Assembly: GCA_000503875.1 (NCBI GenBank)
Contig: CP006913.1
Location: forward strand, 1,140,001 to 1,172,000
Direction of reading: 5' to 3'
Source of the DNA: Candidatus Saccharimonadota bacterium
Lineage (GTDB): Bacteria > Patescibacteriota > Gracilibacteria > Absconditabacterales > Absconditicoccaceae
Length of the DNA stretch: 32,000 nt
Numbering within the stretch: position 1 is the stretch's first letter; the number at the start of each line of letters is the position of its first letter. Shown here one piece after another: positions 9,976-17,842 of this stretch. Under the pieces are notes generated by a model. That model was given only the letters and a program-made list of their open reading frames with translations. It searched no databases and was not told the origin of the DNA. Made by a program: the position numbers and the translations under genes.

Positions 9976-11376
9976 ATGGCTGATTTGCTTAGTTATGTTT
10001 CCAAAAATTTTCTTAGATCAGAAAAATGACAAGAAGGTTTATCTATAATAAAAAAAGACATTTTGTTAGAAGATAAAATGAAGAGATTATATACTCTTTT
10101 GAAAATAGATTTACATTGTGGAGTGAAAGACATAGAAGATATGCTTGTCAGGTGTAATGAAGAAATAAAAGTTCTGAAAATAGCTAAAGAAAAACTTCAA
10201 GAATGATACAATAGTAATATGCAACCAATTATACCAAAATATGAAGAAGTGAGAGATCTTTTATCAGATTACAGAGTTCTTCTTAATTTTCTTTGAGAAT
10301 TAAAAGGTGGTTTGTGAAAAACTTTTTTGGATCATGAAAAAATTTGAAAATTTCAGGAAATATATAGTACTTTAATTAAAAGATCAAAGGAATTAGAAGC
10401 TTTTTTTGAAAAATGGGAAAATTTAACAGTAACCAATAATGCAAAAGAAGTGATTTTATGAACTGATGAATGTGTTAAAAAAACATTAGAAAAAGAAAAA
10501 TTAGTAAATATTCAGATTCCAAGATTGGCTAAAATATTAAAAGCTATAGACGAAAAATACAAACCATTAAAATCAAATGCATATGTAAAAGACTTGTTGA
10601 AATATCTTTCTATTTGATATAATCAGAATATTGAAGTTGATTTTTATAAACAAGCAACCCAAGAAAAATGAGAAGGTTGAAGCGAAAACATATGTGAATT
10701 TAAACATAAAGAAAATATTATAGAAGAAATGTTTCTTTATCTGGAAGAGAATGGTATTAAGTCTGATGAAAAAGATGTTATAGTAGATAAAGGAAGTCCT
10801 ACGCTCTATATTTATATCAAAGAAATGAATAAAACGGTTGTAATCTCAAATCGCTACGGAATATGAACCCATATTTATAATGGAAAAGTGGATATCAAAG
10901 AAATAGAAAGCAATACAATCGACTATCTATTAGAAAAACATGACGGAAAAAGAATTAATTTTCTCTTGGAGTCTGGATGACTTGTTGCTTGGAAAAAAAG
11001 ATTTGTTGATGCTTTATGAACTGAAAAAACATCAGATGAGACAATAGATGAAATAAAAAATCATTGAGGAGAAAAACAAATAATCGAAGTTAAAAGACAT
11101 ATCCCTTTATTCGAGAGAGTAAGAGCCTTTGCGGCAGATAAGAAAAATATAAATCTAAAAACAGTAGATTGCAATAAAACATATCAAGCAATTATTACTT
11201 CTATAAAACCATGAAGAGTATATGTTTGTATAGGATGAGAAGATAATCAGGCCTTTGGGTTTTTTAAATATATAAATCAAGAAGATATTAAACATTTTTG
11301 CCCATGAGATATTATAAAAGTTATTCCAGAAAGAATATATGAGAGATATCCTATTATCTTTAGAAAAACATCATAA
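9976..11376 (+). CDS. Hypothetical protein (466 aa), no recognisable domain
   Basis: A single frame is open from ATG 9976 to TAA 11374-11376 with about 20 Gly-TGAs. It is invisible in the standard-code track. The N-terminal half looks helical. Confidence 0.7.
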
Positions 11377-11404
11377 TATTTATTTTTTTATTGTAATATA
11401 TCCT

Positions 11405-11578
11405 ATGTCTTCAAACAGTGATAATCCTCAAATACTATCAGAAGAAAAAATAGTTTTAGATACGAAAACCCAATCTCTCAAAAACAAAAAAATATATTTT
11501 GATTCTGATGGAACTGAAGTCAAAATTGGTTATGATGACGAGACATGAATAGGTTTCGTTGAAATTATTTCAGATTAA
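11405..11578 (+). CDS. Small hypothetical protein (57 aa)
   Basis: MSSNSDNPQILSEEKIVLDTKTQSLKNKKIYFDSDGTEVKIGYDDETGIGFVEIISD, with one Gly-TGA at 11546. A terminator follows immediately. Confidence 0.4.
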
Positions 11579-11583
11579 GAAGG

Positions 11584-11607
11584 GTCTCGCAGAAATGCGA
11601 GATTTTT
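11584..11607 (+). terminator. Rho-independent terminator (copy 2 of the repeated terminator motif)
   Basis: TCTCGCA, GAAA loop, TGCGAGA, then T5. The stem-loop sequence is the same as at 6220-6246. Confidence 0.65.
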
Positions 11608-11610
11608 CTC

Positions 11611-11638
11611 TTGCCTTCTTTTTTTTAAACGCTACACT
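11611..11638 (+). promoter_or_regulatory. Candidate promoter for the nuclease gene
   Basis: TTGCCT (11611-11616), N16, TACACT (11633-11638). Confidence 0.35.
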
Positions 11639-11669
11639 TAGAAAAATCTTTAGCTTCTTCATCGAAGAA

Positions 11670-12872
11670 ATGTCTGTCTATTCATTCTCTCAACTCCAGG
11701 TTTTCCAGCAATGCCCACGTAAATATCAGTACAAATATGTAGATCAAATCAAGGAAAAAGAATTTGAAAGTTCGCCAGATTTAATATTGGGACATAGTGT
11801 GCACAAGGTTTTGGAGAATCTCTATAACAATGTGAATGTCTTCAAAATTCCAAATCTAGAAGAGGTATTGGAAGATTTTCATGCTACACGAAACCAGGAA
11901 ATAGCAGATGCAACCAAAGAAAAGCCACTTCAGATCAAGGGACAACAAACCTTGGAAGATTATATCAGAAGAGGAGAACACTACGTGAATGCGTATTACA
12001 AAAAATATGCTCCATTTACAGGAGTCCAGGTGATAGCTACGGAAAGTATGGTGAATTTTGATTTAGACACCGCTGGACAACAAAAATTCCGCGGGGTAAT
12101 CGATAGAATAGATAAGGAAGGCGATACCTTTGTGATCAACGATTATAAGACCAACAAAAATCTCCCTCCCGAACAAAAGCAGGAATATACCGAACAACTT
12201 TCTCTCTATGGACTAGCACTCCAACAAAAATATGGAAAATATTTCAAACAAATAAAAGCCAGATTACATTATCTCCATTTTGATATTACGGACGAACGGG
12301 AAATTACGGATGATGTTTTGACTACGGTTGTCCAAAAATATTCGAGCATTATCGAGTGAGTAGAACACAAAAAATTCGCCTACAATATGGGGGACAAAAG
12401 GGCTTTTGAACCTGTTCAAAACGAGTATTGTAAATATTGCGAGTATATGTCGATTTGTCCCCTTCGGGCACACATGAAATACGATGACGAGGTAATATGA
12501 GGCGAACTGGGAGCGAAGACAGTGAAAGGTCTAGTCGACGAATACGTCCAGTTCGCCAAACAGGAATCCGAAGCAAAGGCGCAAAAAGAACTCCTCAAGG
12601 ATATGCTTGTTGAATACCTCGAAAAAAAATGACTCCTCAAATTATTTGGAAACGCCTATAAAATCTCTGCCAGCCAAGGAGAAAATGTCTCAATCAAAGA
12701 TAAAGATCTGCTCGTGACTAAACTCCAAGAACTTGGAATACTAAATGAAACCTTGGATATAGACAGATTTAAATTGCAGAAATTGATAAAAGACGGAAAA
12801 ATAGATATCTCTAAACTCAATTGATCAGCAGAAAAAAATGCAAGCTGGACACTAAGATGAAGCGCTTTATAA
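11670..12872 (+). CDS. PD-(D/E)XK nuclease family protein (Cas4/AddB-like Fe-S nuclease domain plus helical C-terminal extension)
   Basis: MSVYSFSQLQVFQQCPRKYQYKY... carries the N-terminal Cys. The catalytic region is GVIDRIDKEGDTFVINDYKT (D...D/E-x-K). The C-terminal Cys triad is CKYCEYMSIC. The frame continues across Gly-TGAs to TAA 12870-12872, giving 400 aa. Confidence 0.8.
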
Positions 12873-12905
12873 AAAAAACTCCTCTTATTCAGAGGAGTTT
12901 TGTTG
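12871..12905. terminator. Bidirectional rho-independent terminator between convergent genes
   Basis: A8 run, AACTCCTCT, TATTC loop, AGAGGAGTT, T-rich tail. The 9-bp perfect stem is flanked by A- and T-runs. Confidence 0.75.
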
Positions 12906-12919
12906 TTAAAACAGAAATA

Positions 12920-13423
12920 TTATTTATGGAAAATCACATTTCCACTACTGATTCCTTCTTCAATTTCCTCTTCATCAGAAATTTTTTCCAATTCTTTTTC
13001 GCATTTTTCGCAATGACTTACGAAAGGATCTTGGAATTTAATTGCTTGTATGATCATAAGCTCAACATCTATACTTTCGTCTCTAGCATTAATTACAAAA
13101 ATTTCTTCTTCACTCGTTTCTTGCTCTTCTTGTTTGATTTTTTCACTAATAACAAATCTGGAAACATATTCGGGAACAACAACTTTTCTTGTATAGTGTA
13201 CTCAACAACGATCGCAGGTTTCTTCAAGAGTACAAGAAATATTTTCTAAATTCACATACAAAGAATCTTGATTCAATGAACGTAAAACAATAGTTCCAGA
13301 AATCCCTTCCTTGTTAAGATTTGGTAATGCTGAAGTAGTTTTTTCTTCAAAAGTAAGGGTGTCTACTTTCCCTCATTCTTTCAATAAATCTCCAACTTTG
13401 ATAATAAAATTTTTATCTTTCAT
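12920..13423 (-). CDS. yceD: DUF177 / YceD-family protein
   Basis: Minus-strand sequence is MKDKNFIIKVGDLLKEGGKVDTLTFEEK...CTLEETCDRCGVHYTRKVVVPEY...DPFVSHCEKCEKE. Paired CxxC motifs and about 167 aa are typical of COG1399/YceD. There are three Gly-TGAs. Confidence 0.7.
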
Positions 13424-13443
13424 TTGTGCATAAAAACAATAAA

Positions 13444-13478
13444 ATAGCTCATAGCTAATAACTTATAGCGTATAGCAA
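13444..13478. repeat. Tandem heptamer array (ATAGCNN x5) in a divergent promoter region
   Basis: ATAGCTC ATAGCTA ATAACTT ATAGCGT ATAGCAA, between the yceD (-) and tilS (+) start codons. Confidence 0.7.
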
Positions 13479-13524
13479 GCAATCAGATACTATATTTTTA
13501 CCAAGGATTTTCAATTGTTTATCA

Positions 13525-14706
13525 ATGAAAAATATGCGAAATATTACTAAGCAAAAATTTGATACCAAGATATTTTTTTCTTTTCATAATTTTTTTTCTC
13601 AACATATTTTCAAAAACGATATTGTAGCGGTTGCTGTTTCTGGCGGTCCAGATAGCATGTTTTTGAGTTGCTTACTTTATGATTTTTTTGTTTCTCAAAA
13701 ATATAATACAAAAAATCTGATTTTTATTCATCTCAATCACGGCGTAAGAACTGAAAGTATCGAAGAAGCGAAAAATATTAAACAACGATTTACATGAACA
13801 TCATTGGAAATTATTACCAGACCAAAAACACTCAAAGCAACAGAAAATGATCTTAGAAAACGAAGGTATCAAAAGTTTTTGGATACGATGATAAAGCATT
13901 GAGCAAACAAAATTTTTCTTGGACATCATTTTGATGATCGTGTAGAAACATCACTTTTAAACTTGCTTCGTGGATGTGGAGTAGATGGATTTATAGGAAT
14001 CAAACCAATCGAACACCATCATCTTTTACATGGAAAATTAGTTGTGAGACCGTTATTATCTCTTCGTAAAACAGAAATTCTTGATACATGTAAACAACAA
14101 AATATCCCTTATGTCCAAGATATTTCCAATCAAGATATTTCCGTAAGTCAGAGAAATTATTTGAGAAATGAAATTATTCCCAAGCTTTTTTTACAAAAAT
14201 GATTTGAAAAATTATTTCAAAAACGATACCAAAAATATGATAGCCAATCTATAGAAAACCTCTTACAACCAATAACAATAAGTCTTTATCGAAAAGCAAA
14301 ATCAGCATATTATTTGATAAAAAATAGAAAAGAATGTAGCGCCCAAGATCTTCTTCGTATCTTTAAACAACTACATGCAAGCGCTGGAATTACGACCAAA
14401 ACCTTACAAGAATTTCTGCCTTTTGTACAAACAGCAAACAAAGGTCGGAAATCAATTCAAGGCGTAATAGTTATGATTGCCCATGGAAAAGTATATTTCT
14501 TCGTTGCCTCAGAACGTTTTCGAGAAAAAACTATTGATAACAAAACTCAAATTACTACCCTTCATTATAGAGGGAAAACGCGGAATAAATATTGTATTAC
14601 CGAAAAAATTCCTATTTTCCGAAGGAACTTTATTCCTGTTGTTATAAAAGGAAATAAAATTATTTCTTGGGACAAAAAATGATGGGAAAACACGACCATT
14701 TTTTAA
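13525..14706 (+). CDS. tilS: tRNA(Ile)-lysidine synthase
   Basis: PP-loop VAVAVSGGPDSMFL, then IHLNHGVR and LGHHFDDRVETSLLNLLRG. Track ORFs 13525.., 13963.. and 14314.. share one frame and are joined by 4 Gly-TGAs. Stop is TAA 14704-14706. Confidence 0.9.
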
Positions 14707-14722
14707 TCTTTTTTACTACTTC

Positions 14723-15217
14723 ATGCGAGAATATATACAACCTATTGTATTCCAAATTACGTCTACACGATCATATATAGTTATTACTATTTCAGAAAAA
14801 CGAGGACGAACGCCACGAGTCGTAGAATATATTTTTGTTATTGGTGTTTTGTATCTTATAGCATTATTCTTACTCCACAAAGTCTATCGTTTTTTTGTCC
14901 ATTCGGTTTTAAAACAAAAAGCGAATTTTTTCTTGGCATGCGATACTGTTTTATATCAATTTCAATTAGAGAGTAACGAAAATCAACAGGATATATCTTG
15001 GATTAAAGAATTATTAAAAAAAGGATCGTATGAACAATCCTATAAATTATTTTTGGAAAAAACATCATTACTTCCTTTGGAAGCAGCAGAACACTTCAAA
15101 AGAAAACTTGAGAAAACTCACACCGCATACATCAATACATCCAAAAGAAAAACTTTTTGTGGGGTATTTTTGGTACTAGTTACTTTGGGCGTTTATAAGT
15201 TATTTCTAGAAAATTAA
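14723..15217 (+). CDS. Hypothetical membrane protein (164 aa)
   Basis: Intact ORF with two hydrophobic helices (IFVIGVLYLIALFLL and the C-terminal FCGVFLVLVTLGVY). Confidence 0.55.
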   Translation: MREYIQPIVFQITSTRSYIVITISEKRGRTPRVVEYIFVIGVLYLIALFLLHKVYRFFVHSVLKQKANFFLACDTVLYQFQLESNENQQDISWIKELLKKGSYEQSYKLFLEKTSLLPLEAAEHFKRKLEKTHTAYINTSKRKTFCGVFLVLVTLGVYKLFLEN

Positions 15218-15453
15218 TTTAATAAAATAGGTGGTCTTTTTTTGGATTGCTTTCTATCAAATTGTTCTAATTCTTCAGAAATCTGATATTCATTATGATG
15301 CTTTTTTTCTGGTTTTTTTGTTCAAACTCCTATTGCACGTCAAAGCTCTTCAAGTCCCATAGAAAGGCTGAGTCCTTTTCTTGTTCCAATAGTATTTGCC
15401 AGGCTTTCTTTTTGCTTTTCAGTTTGTTGGCCTAATTGATTATTTTCGCTCAT
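15214..15453 (-). CDS. Small hypothetical protein (79 aa), host-coded
   Basis: MSENNQLGQQTEKQKESLANTIGTRKGLSLSMGLEELGRAIGVGTKKPEKK... includes two Gly-TGAs, so it uses the host code. Its stop overlaps the stop of the convergent 14723..15217 gene. Confidence 0.5.
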
Positions 15454-15512
15454 AAGTGAATAGGAGAGATAAAACTAATTCTTATATATCTTTTTTTATG
15501 AGAAAAACAAAC

Positions 15513-15546
15513 AAAAAAAAGAGTTCCAGTAAAAAACTGGAACTCT
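15513..15546 (-). terminator. Strong rho-independent terminator of the T9SS-type operon
   Basis: On the minus strand: AGAGTTCCAGT, TTTTT loop, ACTGGAACTCT, then T8. The stem is 11 bp and lies 27 nt downstream of the TAA of the 453-aa gene. Confidence 0.8.
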
Positions 15547-15573
15547 TTAATCTATTATTTCTTCTGGTACTAG

Positions 15574-16935
15574 TTATTTACTACGCCAGATTTCTTGGCC
15601 ATCTAATTTCAACCAAAGAACTTCTTTGTTTTCGTATTCGTTCTTCTTCCAAAAGATTGCATAGCGTTTTTTGTCTGCACGAAGTAATGCAATAAAAGGC
15701 ATACTTCTTTCATCTTCAGGAAGACATCCCTTTTTAATGATTTTAGCCTGTTTGGTTAAGGCACTATCTAACTCGGCATAAACATAATCAATAACGAATT
15801 TATTAAGAGGAGATTCTCCTTCTTTTTCAATTACATCCATGCGGATGTTTTCATTATCTATACATTTAAAACGATTCTTAAAAAGAGGAACACTTGTCCA
15901 ATATCTTTGGTATGCACCAAGTTGAATTTCTCCCCTGAAAGGAACAAGTTCTAATTTTTCTAATTCAATTAAAAGTTGTTCTCTAGCGGTGATTGTATCA
16001 ATAGGTGTAGGTATAACTTGTCTCGTGAGCGTATCCAATGGAATACTATCCGATTTAGGAATTGTATCCAATACAGGAACACTGTCCAGTTGTATTGAAT
16101 CAAGTTTCGGAATAAATACAGGTTTTGTTAAGCTGTAAATGTCGTATCCACCTGATCCACCAGGACGATCAGATGCAAAATAATATAGGGAGTCAGTTTG
16201 TTTCCTAACATCTATAGTATTGCATCCAGAGATGTTAATAGGATAAGGAAGCTTTTGTGGAGCTTGCCATTCCCCATCAACAAAGAGAGATCGATATACA
16301 CAAAACCATCCATCCCGGTTGGAATTAAAATATAACTCTTTTCCGTTTGGAGTAATCCAAACACCATTCTCATCAAATGATGAATTGAGTATCTCTACAG
16401 GAACTGGTTTTTCTTTTCCTGTTTGAAAGTAGATGTCATAATTACCACTACGATTGCTCGTAAAATAAAGAGAATCTCCTTTTGTAGCTATACTATTTTC
16501 ATCATAATCGGAATTGATGTAAGGAACTTCTTGTAATGATTCTATGCTAATTCCTTGTTTCCTTGGAGCCATAAACAACTTTCCTTGGTCATTGAAATAA
16601 CCTCGATAAAAAAACCAATACTTATTAGACATACCAACCAATGCTGAATTTGCATCGATATTGGCACTGCCATAACTAAGTTTCTTTACCTTACCAAAGC
16701 TAGTATCTGCCATCTGTGTATAATACACCTTCTCTGTATATTCCAGAAGTCTATCTTCACGATTATTTCTTCGTTTAGAAGTAAACAACAACATAGAATC
16801 TACAGGAAAAGGTGAATACTCTGCAGCAACCGAATTGATGTCTAGATTTTTCATAACCCAGGTTGAATCCGGTTGCTGAGCAAACCCCAAAAAAGAACAA
16901 GAAACAGAATAAATAATTATCAGTAGCTTTTTCAT
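15574..16935 (-). CDS. PD40/TolB-like beta-propeller repeat protein with an unassigned C-terminal domain (third gene of the T9SS cargo triad)
   Basis: Signal peptide MKKLLIIIYSVSCSFLGFAQQ. Repeated PD40-type motifs are LLFTSKRRN, LYFTSNRSGNYDIY, LYFNSNRDGWFCVY and YYFASDRPGGSGGYDIY. The C-terminal ~130 aa begins FRGEIQLGAYQRY. No TGA. Stop is TAA. Confidence 0.8.
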   Translation of the reverse strand: MKKLLIIIYSVSCSFLGFAQQPDSTWVMKNLDINSVAAEYSPFPVDSMLLFTSKRRNNREDRLLEYTEKVYYTQMADTSFGKVKKLSYGSANIDANSALVGMSNKYWFFYRGYFNDQGKLFMAPRKQGISIESLQEVPYINSDYDENSIATKGDSLYFTSNRSGNYDIYFQTGKEKPVPVEILNSSFDENGVWITPNGKELYFNSNRDGWFCVYRSLFVDGEWQAPQKLPYPINISGCNTIDVRKQTDSLYYFASDRPGGSGGYDIYSLTKPVFIPKLDSIQLDSVPVLDTIPKSDSIPLDTLTRQVIPTPIDTITAREQLLIELEKLELVPFRGEIQLGAYQRYWTSVPLFKNRFKCIDNENIRMDVIEKEGESPLNKFVIDYVYAELDSALTKQAKIIKKGCLPEDERSMPFIALLRADKKRYAIFWKKNEYENKEVLWLKLDGQEIWRSK

Positions 16936-16941
16936 ACGCTA

Positions 16942-17823
16942 CTATTTAGAGGATTTCGAATAAGGAAGCTTTAGCATTAAGACAACCTCATGTTTGGTAA
17001 ACGAATAACCATATACGTCACCAAATGAATAAGAGCCGCAATACCCAAATGATATATTTTGGACATTAATTCCAAAACCACCTTTTATCGTATTTGCAGA
17101 TGCATATCCTATGCTAAAAAGAATATCCTTATTGAGAATAAATTTTCCAGATACCCCATATTGTACGCTACTGAAAGTTTGTGTGATAACATATCCACTT
17201 CCCTCCAAGAACAATACATTTTCCATCAAAGTAAATCTGTACATACCACTAGCAGCATACGTAATATTAGTTTTGTTTTCAAAACTACTTACCATCCAAT
17301 CAGTTTGACTGGGAAGTAAATTATACGCAGCGATACCAACATAGTATCTATCTACTTGATTAAGTGCTAAACCGAAATTGGCATTAAACCAGTTTCCAGA
17401 TTCGGCACCCTGGAGAATAGGATCATCTATATCGTGTACTTCTACACGATCTCTCATTAATTTTAATTGGTTAAATCCGCCACTTAATCCAAACGAAAGT
17501 TTGGAACCACCAACAGGTACATGGTAAATAAAAGTAGCCTCAGCAGAAAGGTTTTGTAGTACGCCACCTTCTTGCGAAGCAATCTTAAATCCACCTGCAA
17601 CCCGTTGATTATTAAACGGTGAACTCCCCCAAAACATAAAGGATTTCGGATGATAATCATAGGCACCCATTTCTGTTTGATAGAGCGTACCCAATTTTAC
17701 CATTTCATTGTATCCGCCCAAACTTGGATTGGCTAAATATGGGTCATAGCCAGCCCCTAATTGAGCGAACCCTTTCGTTGATATAAGCACTACCAACAAA
17801 AGGAAAATTCTGATTTTTTTCAT
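16942..17823 (-). CDS. PorP/SprF-family type IX secretion system membrane protein
   Basis: 293 aa with signal peptide MKKIRIFLLLVVLISTKGFAQ. It has the N-terminal YLANPSLGGY motif, alternating beta-strand-like sequence, and a position immediately downstream of a type-B CTD cargo gene. No TGA. Stop is TAG. Confidence 0.8.
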   Translation of the reverse strand: MKKIRIFLLLVVLISTKGFAQLGAGYDPYLANPSLGGYNEMVKLGTLYQTEMGAYDYHPKSFMFWGSSPFNNQRVAGGFKIASQEGGVLQNLSAEATFIYHVPVGGSKLSFGLSGGFNQLKLMRDRVEVHDIDDPILQGAESGNWFNANFGLALNQVDRYYVGIAAYNLLPSQTDWMVSSFENKTNITYAASGMYRFTLMENVLFLEGSGYVITQTFSSVQYGVSGKFILNKDILFSIGYASANTIKGGFGINVQNISFGYCGSYSFGDVYGYSFTKHEVVLMLKLPYSKSSK

Positions 17824-17842
17824 TGTAATATATTTTTGTTGG

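Noticed and set aside
12264-13249. Track ORFs 12264..12473, 12349..12576 and 12416..12640 (-), and 12821..13249 (+).
   Set aside because: The first three are antisense to the PD-(D/E)XK nuclease. The last is antisense to the yceD/DUF177 gene and has Phe/Asn/Ile-rich shadow composition.
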